Positions 11,490 to 23,390 are shown, numbered from the stretch's first letter. The stretch: 64,000 nt of DNA from Podarcis muralis (GCF_964188315.1 NC_135667.1:13268001-13332000); one strand, 5' to 3'. The notes: generated from the letters alone by a model not told the origin. A program made the numbers and translations.

Positions 11490-12260
11490 TGGGTGTTTTG
11501 GATTCTGCTATCAGGCAGCACCTGATAGGCAAGCCTGCAGGCGGAATGCGGAACTGCAGGGCTGTTTCAACAGGATTGACTGTTATGTTCGCAGACGGAG
11601 CACAAAAAATCAGTCTGTGGTGTGGCTAACGTGTTTTTCTCTCCTTTACAGGAGGAGCAAGAGGTCTGCGTTGTGCCGGGACTGAATAGTTGTCTTTTAT
11701 CTGTATCTGCTCTAATGACGCAGGGGTTCAAAAATGCTTTGAAAATGATACCTGTTCCATTTTCAGAGGGGGGGCGACAACTGGAAAAGCACAGGCGCAG
11801 TGTGCTAAGGTTCCCAAAGATGTGCAAAAGTTGCACGGGTGCACAAAAGGGTACAAACTCCGGAAATGTGGGAGGTCCCTAGGGTGCAGGGCATGCAAAG
11901 GTGCACAGGTACACGGTTTTCCCGGGTTTGGGAGGGTAGCCAAAGAAGCACTTTGAGCTTGTTCACACACAGATCTGTCAGGACCCATGAGGTGTGAGAG
12001 TCTGGGTGAGGCCAGGTATGTGCCATCGCTGACAGATGGCCACAGCCAGGTGGGCTGGTGTCTCTCTCTCTCAAATCACAGGGGGAGGTGGCACAACTGA
12101 TCAAGGATTGGGTTGCGGAGGTGGAACTAAGGTTTTCCACCAAGGTGCAAGGGTTCAAGAGCGACCGAGGGTCACAGTTTACTGGGTCTGCTCTGGAGGA
12201 ATTTTTCAAGGAAAAGGGAATACGTCACCAGGTGACGGGTGCAAAGTCTTCTCAAGGGAG
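11490..12260 (+). pseudogene. Degenerate Copia protease / pre-integrase / integrase core
   Basis: WV(L)DSA..HL (frameshifted, 11490); VVPGLNSCLLSVSALMTQG; CRACK; FELVHT/DLSGPM (2-nt insertion, 11952-11989); LKSQGEVAQLIKDWVAEVELRFSTKVQGFKSDRGSQFTG..LEEFFKEKGIRHQ. Confidence 0.8.
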
Positions 12261-12673
12261 AAGGGAGGCTGTTACTGAACCCGGTGACGGGGGATCAGGT
12301 CCAGAATCAGGGTTCAAAACCCGGTGATGGGGACCAAGTCCAGGGTCAGGGTTCAGGGCAGGTTTGGGCATCTCCAAGGGTTGTGAAAGGAGTGTCCAGG
12401 TGTGAGGCTTCATCTCCGGTAATGGAGAAAGCTCACGGACGGGTTGTCAAGTCAGAGGGGGAAGAGTCTGACGGAGAAGACACAACTGCTGGCCCTAATG
12501 GGTCAGTAGGGTATCAGGTCACAGGTGCGTGGAAAAGTGTCGCACAGTGTGATTCTGGGAGTGTTGAAGGGGTTCAACAGGTGCCTGGGAAAGATGCCGG
12601 GAAGTGGCACAAGGCAAAGGGCAAGGTGTTGAACGCAAAAGGGTCTTGTCAGAATGGTTTCAGCAAGAGGGGG

Positions 12674-13066
12674 TGTGAAGTTTGGAACTTAACTGGTTAA
12701 GAAGTTCCCATGATGCCTCAACATTCTGACGTCAGCTGTAGAAGCTGGGAGGAGCTGGGAGGAGTTTCTGTTCTCTTCCTCCTGGGTCTTTGAGGGGGAA
12801 AGTCGCAGTCCGTAATGGCTGCAAGGAGCCCAGGAGATCCCTGGGGGAATGTCGGAATAAAGAGCTGAAATGGACAAACCTGGACTCTGTGTTTGTCTGG
12901 AAGCTAATTGAAGGACGTGACAGTTTCACCGCTGTGCTCAACTCTGCTACTGGCGTGACTGGAGCTGACTGAGAGCGTGCGCAGGGGAAGTGTGCCGGGC
13001 GGCCATAAAAAAGCTAATTGTGGACCAATAAATCAATTAGCGGGGGTCGCGGGGTCCCAATATATC
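12674..13066 (+). repeat. 3' LTR, lacking the terminal tattgccaca of the 5' LTR
   Basis: Line-by-line identical to 9974-10366, then agac followed by flanking DNA. Confidence 0.92.
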
Positions 13067-13320
13067 AGACTACCTGATAAGATGACTACAGTGGTGCTAT
13101 CTTACCTGGAATAACAATATAGTCCCATCACACTGGATTTTGTGAGTTGTGGTTAATGTTTCTCTGAGTCCTATCCCTTCCCAGGATGTACCAAGATGCC
13201 TTGGTGCCAGTACAGGTCATTTTAATGTTGAGCCAAAACAGAGGGCACATTTTGTCACCCAATTTCCCTGCCAATGCTCTTGCTTTTCTGTTATATCTTT
13301 CATTCATTCATTTGTAAAAG

Positions 13321-13733
13321 CAGTAGCAGTGAGGACTGCTTTCTGGGGGGATGCAGGTGGATACGTACCCCTAAACATTTGTGTTGCCCTGACGGACTAA
13401 CCAACATGCCAGCTGTCTCTGCAGTAGCAGTGCGGACTGCAGCTCCATCATTCTCCCCTCTGGTGCCCGGGAAGGGGAGTCTGGGGTGGCCGCAGTGAAG
13501 GCAAAGGCACTCCTCCTCCTCCTCTTGCTGGGCTAGAGCCAGCTGGCGAGCGCTCACCCCTCCTTGCTCAAGCCGACTCTGCCGTCAACATCACCAAGGG
13601 CCTTCCTGTCCTCTCAGTGACTCTGCTGCCTCGAGTCCCTTGTCCAGGGTTGAGGGGTTGAGGGGGAGGAAAGGGGAGGGGAGCAGCCAAAGTGAGAGTA
13701 CCCCTAAACATTTTTTAAAGAAAAAAAGCACTG
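13321..13733. mobile_element. Probable hAT-type non-autonomous element, GC-rich
   Basis: Ends cagtagc / agcactg; imperfect 8-bp flanks tgtaaaag / ggtaaacg; gtacccctaaacattt present twice inside. Confidence 0.45.
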
Positions 13734-14254
13734 GGTAAACGGGTGTGAAATTATGAGGAGAGGAGTGGATGTTGGACAAAGATCTTTCTAAGGCAATTAA
13801 TCCAAGACGTTGACAATCAAATCAAGCATAGATAGCTAGTTGGTGCAATGCCCACTTCAATGTCCTTTCAAATATCATTTCTATTGAACATAAAGCACTG
13901 CGTATGGATAATAACTAGATGTGTATTGGATAATGCAGCTGCCAGACAACCACATTGCTTTTCTTTCAGTGTGATGCATATTTGACTGAATTGATTATCT
14001 CCACCCACCTTCATCATGACTAAGAAAATATTCTCTTCAACTGAATGTGGAGGGAAGTTTTGCTCCAAAGTTGAGATTCACAATGCAACTGCCATAGCAA
14101 GACAGGGAGTGTTGCCTCAGCATGTGAGCAAAATGAATGCATTCCCCTTTCCATCCCCACAGATGGCCAATGAAAATATCTGGATTATCATACATGATGT
14201 TGTTGGAATTCAGTTTGCAGGGGTCCGGAATTTCGGGGTCACACATTAATGAAG

Positions 14255-14387
14255 NNNNNNNNNNNNNNNNNNNNNNNNNNNNNNNNNNNNNNNNNNNNNN
14301 NNNNNNNNNNNNNNNNNNNNNNNNNNNNNNNNNNNNNNNNNNNNNNNNNNNNNNNNNNNNNNNNNNNNNNNNNNNNNNNNNNNNNNN
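14255..14387. other. Assembly gap (133 N)
   Basis: Run of N. Confidence 0.99.
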
Positions 14388-14450
14388 CTGAGTTTCCCCA
14401 GCCACTCTGGGCAGCTCCCAATCAAGTGTTAAAAACAATACAGCATTATT
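14388..14450 (-). mobile_element. L2 LINE 3' end fragment abutting the gap
   Basis: gtttccccagccactctgggcagctccc, same tail motif as 6085. Confidence 0.6.
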
Positions 14451-15274
14451 GACTGTGACTATGTATGAGGATATGATGCTTTTTCTGTTAGAGGCAGTGA
14501 GTGCACAGAAAAAGGCCGAAAATGGCAGAACATGGAAAGTGAAGTCAAGTTTGTTTATTAAAAGGCTACATTTGTGTTCAGATGGTAAATGATGATGTGT
14601 TTACCCTTTACTAAAACACACACATACACTGCCTATATAAGCACATCTGTTTGGAGTTTCCATTGAATTTTTTTTAATTTTTTAATTTTTTGCTTTTTTG
14701 CATTTTTTAAATTGCATTTATAACATTTCTGAAACACAAATCACACCAGTGTGTTTATCACTTTAGGAGGAAAAAAACACGCCCACAGACAATCTTTTTA
14801 ATGTACTATTTCCAGTCAGTGTGCAAAACAGATTATTCGTTTTATTTTGTTTTCAATGGATTCTGCCAAAATGAAATTATAATTTAACTGCATTCCAGAA
14901 GCATAGTTGGATATCTTTGGAATGCTGAGCACCAAGCATTGAGGTCCTCCTTGATCCTGCATAGATACTGGTCATCCTGACTGGTCATTAAGGGTTGTAT
15001 CCAATGCTATCTGTGCAAAAACAGATCAGATTTCTGCTAGCACAATGGGACTTTACCTTCTTCTCCTCAAAGTCTGCTTTTGATGGTTCCTCTGGAGGAG
15101 ATTTTGGGGGTTATGCAAGGGGAAAGAGAGGAAGGTTAAGTCACACTATACAAATAGATGTCAATCCATGCAGTGTTGGATTCTACCCTATGGACTCCAA
15201 CTGTAAATACATTCATTTTAATAAATTTGAATACATGCTTGGGTGTTTTGTGACACTTGTTTCCTTCAGCCTTA

Positions 15275-16228
15275 TTAAACTACCATCTTTCTCCTCAACC
15301 ATCTTTCCTTTTTCCTCAGCAACCTGCCTACAGCTTCTTTCACCTGGTCATTCCTCAGGCAGTAGATCAAGGGGTTAAGAAAGGGTGTAATTGCCGTGTA
15401 GAAGAGTGTGACTGCCTTAGTGACTGCTGAATGAGTTTTTCCACTTGGAATCAAGTACATCGCTGCTACTGAGCCATAAAAAAGTGTGACCACAACTAGG
15501 TGAAAAGATATGGTAGCAAAAGCTTTCCTACAAGTGCCTTGGTTAGAGGTTTTCATCAGGGTGAGAATCACAATGCCATAGAATAGTAGAACAAATAAGA
15601 CATTGATTAAAAACAGAGCATGCATGAATATCTGGCAGACAAGGGGAACATTTCCGAGTGGAGGGCAGGCCAGGGACAAAATGGGCCCAGGATCACACAA
15701 AAAATGGTCAATGATGTTAGGTCCACAGAAGGACAACTTGGAGATCAAAATCACTGGGATAGGGTACCACATGAAACCAACAACCCAACATGCACCTACC
15801 AGAGCAGAACAGGAATATTGGGACATAATTTGTGGGTAGCGAAGTGGGTGACAGATGGCCAAGTACCGGTCCAAAGCCATGGCTGAGAGGAAGAAGCATT
15901 CAGTGTTGCCAAGTGAGAAGAAAATGTAGAACTGGAGGAAGCAGGCGTGGAAAGAGATGAACCCAGGAGGAGACACCAGGTCAAAGAGCAGTCGGGGCAC
16001 AGTGGTGGACACATAGCACATCTCCATCCAGGAGAAGTTGCTCAGCAAGATGTACATGGGGAGCTGAGCCAGGTGGTTATCTAGGAAGACCACTGCAATG
16101 ATGGTGATGTTCTCAGCCATAGTGAGCATGTAGAGAATGGCAATGAAGACAAAAAGCAAGTATTGTTTCTGCTGTTCAACTTCAAATCCAAGCAAAATGA
16201 ATTCCTGCACCGCAGTCCCGTTGGCCAT
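15275..16228 (-). CDS. Olfactory receptor OR-3, OR11-like, 317 aa
   Basis: LAQLPMYILLSNFS, MALDRYLAICHPLRYPQIM, CGPNIIDHFLCDPGP, PFLNPLIYCLRN; NGT glycosylation site. Confidence 0.95.
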   Translation of the reverse strand: MANGTAVQEFILLGFEVEQQKQYLLFVFIAILYMLTMAENITIIAVVFLDNHLAQLPMYILLSNFSWMEMCYVSTTVPRLLFDLVSPPGFISFHACFLQFYIFFSLGNTECFFLSAMALDRYLAICHPLRYPQIMSQYSCSALVGACWVVGFMWYPIPVILISKLSFCGPNIIDHFLCDPGPILSLACPPLGNVPLVCQIFMHALFLINVLFVLLFYGIVILTLMKTSNQGTCRKAFATISFHLVVVTLFYGSVAAMYLIPSGKTHSAVTKAVTLFYTAITPFLNPLIYCLRNDQVKEAVGRLLRKKERWLRRKMVV

Positions 16229-18420
16229 CTCTACCTGGAGTCAAATAATATAATCACTATTGCACAGCATAAAGAGGTATACAGTTGTTTAAATACCATT
16301 AGCTTACATTGAAAAACAAAGGTTGTACAGACTTGCCATTTCAGAACGCTGTGGGACATTTCTTCTGCCCACCCTATGTTACAGTTCACAAGTTATTATT
16401 CACCCAAAGCACCTGTTTCTCCTGGTTAAGTATAAAATATAACATAATGCACTTAAAATATAGTGCTTTGAGGCATTTAATTCTGATATCCTAGAGCTTT
16501 GCATATCCCCAGTTATGCTAAAGTCTGTCTCCTCTCACACACCACTGAATCCAGAAATAACACCAAACTGATAGTGTGCCCAGCTTACTTTATTTTAAAA
16601 TGATAAAGCAAGTGCAGCACAAAACCTTGATTTAAATAATATATTTGAGATTCATTGTACAATTTACATGAGAAAGAGTTTGCTCTTTGAATTATATCTT
16701 AGAACCAATTACTGCTGCTTTTTTACAGAAGTTAGATTTCATTCTATTGTTATGCATTCCCAAATGCCTTGCCCATCCTTTTGATGAGAGAACAGCAGGT
16801 ATTTGAGTTGCAGCTTCTACATTTCCTTTATTTACAAGTATAAAAGCACAATGGAAATAAATAGGGTCCTGTAAGAATGCAAAATAAGTGGAACTCCTGC
16901 TTCAAGTCCCCTGAAGAAGACAACTAAACCACAATAATCCTTCTTAAATTCAAACTCCAACTCTACTCAATGCCCCTCTAACTACAAATAATATTACCTT
17001 CCGAAAGAGATATTTTCTAGCCATTAGAAGTGCACCTATTTCAGCTATTTACAAGTTATCAGTCACACAAAGGGGGGTTTCCAGCCAATAATTTAAGCAA
17101 TGCACATGCAAGTTGCGGAGGGGGTCTGCGTGAAGGGAAACGGTTCAAACCCTTTGACTTTATAAAATCTGGGATCTAAAATCCAGGATGTAGCTTAGAA
17201 TCATTGGCATGATCCTTTCCTCTTACTCTAAATTCCCATGATCCTTTCCTCTTACTCTAAATTCTCCCCACAATCATTTTGCAATGTTTTCTCAAAATTT
17301 CCTAGAGGAAGCCACCCCATGAGAAATGACATTCAAATCCACAGTTCCCACCCAAGTTTCTTTTTTGCTGGCAATGACTCCCATAAGAAGATCCTTACTG
17401 GGTCACATCAAAGGCCCACCTACTCCAGCAGGTGGCCTATGGGAAGCCCACAAGCACAACACAACTACAAAAACACTCCCCATACCTCAGTAGGAGTCAA
17501 AATGCCGCTCTGTCATCCAGGAAAAACTCACTAGACATTCATGACATGATTTGGGGGAAAGGTTGTCAATAGGAGTTAAAACATTGACCCATAAAGTAGA
17601 AGGCTCATCAGAAGTGAAGCAACAGAATCTGGGGTGGAGGTTAGTCTTCTCTGTGCATTTAACTGGTAGTTGTCTTCCAGACAGATGGTGTGAAGGACAT
17701 AAAGGACCATACTACAGTTCTGGAGGAAATTAAAAGTCACCAGATATATGTACATGCAGACTAGAGTTCAAATGCCCCGATCAGTGCCAACTACAGCTTT
17801 AATCAGAAACTGAAATGAATCTTGGGAATATCTCCTTCAGGAACAATTAAAAAAAAAATCAAAATAGCACCCTTTGGGAGTGGGATGCAATGTTATGCCA
17901 CAGGCTGCCTCCCTCCACTTTGGTATGGTGCATGCCTCCTGTTTTTCCAAAACACTACTTCTTCCAAATGTTCTTAAAGAACAAATTGAATGGCCAAAGC
18001 TCGGAGCACATGAACCAGAGCTGGTGTGATGTATTCTTCTTGATATTATGATCATTAGTTTATAGAGTGCCAATAATTTTCTAAATTCTGCTTACTGATT
18101 GGAAATAATTTTGTCTCTGCCAACAGGTTCCATTTGAGAAGATGTGACACAAAAGGGGAAAAGGAATGAGGAGGGGAAAGGGAAACAGGCCAACTCAGTT
18201 ACCAGTTCTAAACAATTATGTAATTGGACTTGCTGTAGCAACTTCATGTTACAGTACCAGGGCCTTTTTTTCTAAAAATAAAGCACTGCAATTAGCTAAC
18301 TTTTTAATTCCCATGGAACAACCAGCTACCCTGGGCCATTACTCTAGGGTGTCATATATTGCAAAGAAGATCTGGTATATATTGTTACAAAACTTAGGTG
18401 CATCTCCTTCTCTTTGTGGA

Positions 18421-18967
18421 GAGTGGTGTAGCAGGGTCAGGTGGTTCCCGGTACAGAATTTTTTTGCCACCCCCCCACATTGAAATTCCCCATTCCTCCC
18501 TCTACCCCCCTGTGAAAGACAGCTGTGCAGGCAGCTATCTGATGTAGATTCTGGCTTCTCCTCTTTCCTCCCCCCCCCCCCAGTGAAAAACAGCTGCGCA
18601 GGCAGCTATCCAATATAGATCCCGGCTTCTCCCCCTTCCTCCGGTCCAAGTCAAGTGGCCTCCCTGAGAAGAGAAGGAGGAGGCAGAGCCACGGCCAGGC
18701 TCAAGGGTTGGAGACGGTGTCCTGTAGGTTTGGGCTCGCATTGACCTCTCCCCACCCTCAGCCTCCCCGCCCCGCCCCACCCCACCCGCTTCTCCTTTCC
18801 CACCAGGGCAACCTGTGGCAGCGGAAGGAGCATGACGGCATTATTTGTCTGAAGGCACTGCTTTCTTTCGGGGTCTGGGAGTGGGCGCATTGAGCATTTT
18901 GTCACCCCCCCTCATGATGACACCTGGGGCAGCCCTCCTCTACCACACCCACCTTCCTCCTCCGCTG
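18421..18967. mobile_element. hAT-type non-autonomous element with an internal ~65-bp tandem duplication
   Basis: 8-bp TSD tttgtgga (18413-18420 and 18968-18975); degenerate TIRs gagtggtgtagcaggg / ccttcctcctccgctg. Confidence 0.6.
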
Positions 18968-19199
18968 TTTGTGGAGTGGTAGGAAGAGTCCATGGGGCTC
19001 CAGGCACTCACCCAGGATCTGTGTTGCTTTGGAGAATTGAGATATAGTGGGAGACTTCCGTAGCTTTAACAAATATGGTTTATTTACCTATTTGCACCTT
19101 CTGTCTACATGGAGAGAGTCCAAGTCTTATATCAAGTTCATTTCAAGAGGAGCTTATCCCCCACAGAAGTGCAGCCAGCCTTCAACCAAGATATTTCCC

Positions 19200-19345
19200 T
19201 GTCTCTTTTCCCCCTTCTTCTTCTTCTCAGCAACCCCTGCTCAAGACTCTCTTTTCCTGTTCCTTCAAAGGGCGAAGGGTTCCTCTCAGATGGCCCATCA
19301 ACACCTTTTGTCATATTAACAGATTTGCTCTCCACTAGGCCAGCC
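19200..19345 (-). pseudogene. Tentative, heavily decayed OR11-like ECL3/C-terminal remnant
   Basis: ESKSVNMTKGV resembles GESQSEVTKAV, and KESLEQGLLRRR resembles KEALGRLLRRK; TM7 core not recoverable. Confidence 0.35.
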
Positions 19346-20027
19346 AAGCTGGTTTGTTATGAGGAACGTTCTACAACTAAAAGTTTAAATTAAACTTATC
19401 GGCCTTGACAATGTTTTATTTCCAAAAAGGAGTCAGTTTTCATGCATATATAATCGTGGTATGGTCCCCCTTTCCATAAGCAATTATTCATTCCAGAAAC
19501 ACCTTAACCAGAATCAGTTTTGTTCGGAGGAGAGGATATCAGACATTTGTGCTATTTTGGCAATATTTGTTTTATTTCCATATTTGCAAGTGAAGAATAA
19601 GTTGAGGCATGCAGCAGAAACCCTGGGAGAGGCACCCTGTACCATTCAGCCTACATTTCCCTCTCTGATGGACCTTTCTGCATCTCTCTCTGCCGCTGCT
19701 ATTTCTTCACACGCTCCTACACACCTACACTACATCCCTTCAGGGTGGGGACATTAACAGAGGGACTTCCTGTAACACCATCAAAACCCTTAGAAGGTGT
19801 GGGGCTTAAGGGATTTGAAGAGGATATGTTCTACCTATACTACTATGTTGATTGACTTAACTTAAAAGAGGGATGTGTACCCCGCTTGTATGTCTTGGGA
19901 TAAATTAACTTGATCTGAGGTTGGTAAAATTACTCTCAGGGTGCCGTCCAACTTCATGATTCTATGATCTCTTCAAATGGGCATGTTTCTTTGTTTTAAC
20001 TTTATTTCCCCCTCCTACCAGCAATTT

Positions 20028-20987
20028 TTATACCATGTCCTTTGTCATCAGCAGTCGTGACATTCTCCTAAGTAACTTGCCCAGAGCCTCCCTCACCTGA
20101 TCATTCCTCAGACAGTAAATCAGCGGGTTCAGAAAAGGCGAAATAGCAGTGTAGAAAAGTGTGGCTGCCTTTGTGGCCTCTGGTTGGCTTTCACCATGTG
20201 GAATTAAATACATAGCTCCCACTGTGCCATAAAAGAGGGTCACCACTAAGAGGTGCATAGATACGGTGGAGAAGGACTTCTGACGGCTACCTTTGTCAGA
20301 GGACTTTATCAGGGTAAAAATGACTATGCCATATGATAAGACAACAAACAATACATTGACTAAAAACATGACATGCATGATGACCTGGCATATAAAGGGA
20401 ACACTTCCAAGAGGAGCACAGGCCAAGGACAGAATTGGCACAGGGTCACACACAAAATGGTCAATGATGTTAGGTCCGCAGAAGGTTAGCTTGGAGATCA
20501 AAGTAGCTGGGACAATGTAGGCCAGAAAGCCAAGGACCCAACAAGAGGCTACCAAGGAATAGCAGGAATTTGGGGACATAATTTGTGGGTAGCGTAGTGG
20601 GTGGCAGATGGCCATGTATCGGTCCAAAGCCATGGCTGAGAGGAAGAAGAATTCAGTGTTGCCAAGTGAGAATAAGAAGTAGAACTGGAGGATGCAGGCA
20701 TGGAAGGAGATGAGCCCAGGAGGAGACACCAAGTCAAAGAGCATATGGGGCACAGTGGTGGTCACGTAGCATATCTCCAGCCAGGAGAAGTTGCTCAGCA
20801 AGATGTACATGGGAAGCTGGGCTAAGTGAGCATCGAAGAAAACCACTGTGATAATGGTGATGTTCTCAACTAAAGTGACGATATAGAGGATGGTGAAAAC
20901 AATGAGGAGCACTAATCGCTTCTCCTTCTCAACTCCAAATCCCAGCAAGATGAATTCCTGCACTGTGGTACCATTGACTATCTCCAT
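20028..20987 (-). CDS. Olfactory receptor OR-4, OR11-like, 319 aa
   Basis: LAQLPMY, MALDRYMAICHPL, KSFSTVSMHL, PFLNPLIYCLRN; acceptor ttccag directly abuts the ATG. Confidence 0.96.
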   Translation of the reverse strand: MEIVNGTTVQEFILLGFGVEKEKRLVLLIVFTILYIVTLVENITIITVVFFDAHLAQLPMYILLSNFSWLEICYVTTTVPHMLFDLVSPPGLISFHACILQFYFLFSLGNTEFFFLSAMALDRYMAICHPLRYPQIMSPNSCYSLVASCWVLGFLAYIVPATLISKLTFCGPNIIDHFVCDPVPILSLACAPLGSVPFICQVIMHVMFLVNVLFVVLSYGIVIFTLIKSSDKGSRQKSFSTVSMHLLVVTLFYGTVGAMYLIPHGESQPEATKAATLFYTAISPFLNPLIYCLRNDQVREALGKLLRRMSRLLMTKDMV

Positions 20988-22151
20988 CTGGAATCACAAA
21001 ACAGAAGCAGTATCATACACCTTCAGAGAAGTATCGGTTTCTTCACATAACATGAGCCTGTCTGCCTGTTTCCACCAAGATATAAAGGGAACATTTCCAA
21101 ACAGCTATGAAATTTAGGGAGTGCAGTAGGGCCTTTCCTTCCTTGCACCGTGTGTAGCAGATCACAAGTGAACAGTGTTCAGAAGCAATAATGTTTTCTG
21201 ATTAGCTATAAATTTAAAATGGAATAAGAGCAAATGCACTTAAAAGCAGACAGCTATGGGGAAACATAATTCGGGACCTTGCTTGTTTTCCATTTTGGGG
21301 CTAACAAAACACAATTGCGCTAACAAAAAATAAAATCTGCCACCTGAAATAGCCTTTGTCGCTTTGCTCAACTGTAGGGCCAGCCCTATGATAACAAAAT
21401 AGCTCCTAAAATATACATTAATACGATTTCATCAAATTTAATTAGATGTAAATGCATTTAATCTCAAATTCCTTTCCCTTATAATTATCTGAGGGTTTCA
21501 GCATCTAACTTTTTACTTATGCTGTGTTAACTGAAAACAACAGGAATATTTAGAAAATTAAATTACAGATTATGTTTTAAAATTAATTTTCATCAAAATA
21601 ATGTATGTCAAAATATTACACGCACACGCACACGCACACGCACAAACAAACAAACAAACACACACACACACACACACACACAATTAATTAAACTACAACA
21701 GGCTTCAGAACACCTCAGATATTTGTTGTATATTTTTTTGATGCTGCTGTTTTCCTGGGCACTTAATGTTGAATGATGGTCCTTGTGGAGCCGCAATTTG
21801 GCATAGTGTGCTGGTTGCCCCATATAATCTATAGTATTAGGAACTACCTCCTTCTTGGGTTGGCATTCCACCTCTGATGCAAGTTCCCACCCAGGTTTCC
21901 TGTGCTTCCATCAGAAATCCAGTTTATCTCCCTTAATAGCTAGCGGTTTGTTTTCACCATTCATCAGAAATGCTCTCCCCAAGTCCTCTCTCAGAATTTG
22001 GTAAGGAAGTATGCTCCTCTCCTTGTTTTATATTGTCACACACATTCGGAATTGCAGGAGTGAATGACATAAATGACCATAACGTGGATTTGGAATCAGA
22101 AAGAGTCCAAATATCACTGTAAATTCAGGCATACCAATGATTCAATGCCAC

Positions 22152-22257
22152 TAATTATTTCTGGCTGCAGTTTTAATCACTGACTGGCTCAACCCTTGGG
22201 AACACCTCTCTCAGGAACTAAGCTATCTGGCAACACACAGTAGCATCTCTTGGGAGA
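22152..22257 (-). promoter_or_regulatory. Putative OR-4 promoter: homeodomain sites plus tandem O/E (EBF) pair plus a third O/E site
   Basis: taatta 22152, taatca 22174, acccttgggaa-cacc-tctctcaggaa 22192-22217, tctcttgggaga 22246-22257; conserved upstream of paralogs. Confidence 0.6.
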
Positions 22258-23390
22258 CACAATGCCACCCCATTTCTCCTCTCCTTACTATGTTGCATAG
22301 ATTCTACTCTGTGTTCTTTCTTTGTCCTATATTAAGCTGTGCTGCTAATTCAAGTTGTGGTGTGGTCTCTCTTTCCATAAGCAAATGTTCATTCCATGAC
22401 AGTTTTGTTTGCAAGTAATGATATCAGACATCAGATATGTTGTTGTTTTTACTTGTTTTATTTCCATATATAGAAGTGGAGAATAAGTCGAGGCAAGCAG
22501 GACACTCATTTCTACCAAGCCACAAATTCACTACACACCCTTCCCTATCTTCCATCCAGGAAACATAGACAGATGATAAGAGTTCAAGGGGACAGCCAAG
22601 CCAGGCAGGGAGGGTATGAAGAAGGCCTGGTGAAGGGCATGCCCTTTGGAGAAGTGGTGTGACCTATAACAGAGTAGGGCGCATGGCATTCATAGAGTAC
22701 CAAGAATCAGATAGAACGACCCAGAGGACCACATTTTGCCCATGGGCTTCAGATTCCTCCCTCTTGTTTTAGTCAGCACTGTCTGCCCTTCCTTATGGTT
22801 ATAATGGAGTGTGATCTTTACAACCAGCAAATTATGTATTGACATAATACAATGAACATGGTTCCACCAAGAGCAGAAAACAAAACAAATACAAAGCATG
22901 GCCAGAGTACATTCCCCTGGTGTCCTGCTTACCACAAGAATGGGTTTAAAGCACCCCCCCTCCCTTGAAGAAAATGTTGTGGCTCTGAAAGATCCAGACT
23001 TTGGGCTGACTAGTTGTCTTTCCCTTCTGCTACCTCACCTTGGGTTCTCAAATTTCAGTAGTGCCCTGTGCAACCCCAAAATTCAGCACCCCTACCTCTC
23101 ATCCTCCCTCCCAGTGGGATAAACAGTCTTTTTGCAAGATCTGAGACCTATTGAGTATGCATCAACTTGGCCCTCCTATATCAGTTACCAAGCAATCTGC
23201 CTGACAAAAGACTGGCTAGACAGATTCTTTAGCAATACTGCATGATGTGTTTAGTTTTTCCACCAGTCCAGAGATTCTTGATCTATCTACCCCTGCAACT
23301 GTAGCTGACAGTTTGCAAACAACCACAGGGTTACTGTTGTATAAACGTTCCCTACACCAAGACAAATTAGGGAACAGTCTTTGCTTCAGA

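Larger units (their letters stand above)
9974..13066 (+). mobile_element. Non-autonomous Ty1/Copia LTR retrotransposon, 3.09 kb, young insertion
   Basis: Two LTRs identical over 393 bp; Copia-type PBS ggttatggg at 10377; PPT aagaggggg at 12665-12673; AGAC on both flanks; degenerate protease then integrase (Copia order); no RT/RNase H recognisable. Confidence 0.9.

Noticed and set aside
10902-11525. 207-aa ORF as an intact or domesticated gag
   Set aside because: No intact CCHC knuckle or capsid motif, and neighbouring pol motifs are frameshifted; best read as decayed Copia interior
14255-14387. Both N runs are exactly 133 bp
   Set aside because: Scaffolding convention, not biology; true gap sizes are unknown
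17207-17268. 29-bp perfect tandem duplication upstream of OR-3
   Set aside because: Simple slippage duplication with no recognisable motif
17298-17325. Possible double O/E pair for OR-3 (ttctcatgggg-tggc-ttcctctagga)
   Set aside because: Spacing and distance fit, but both sites match poorly and the flanks do not align; too weak to count with the other five
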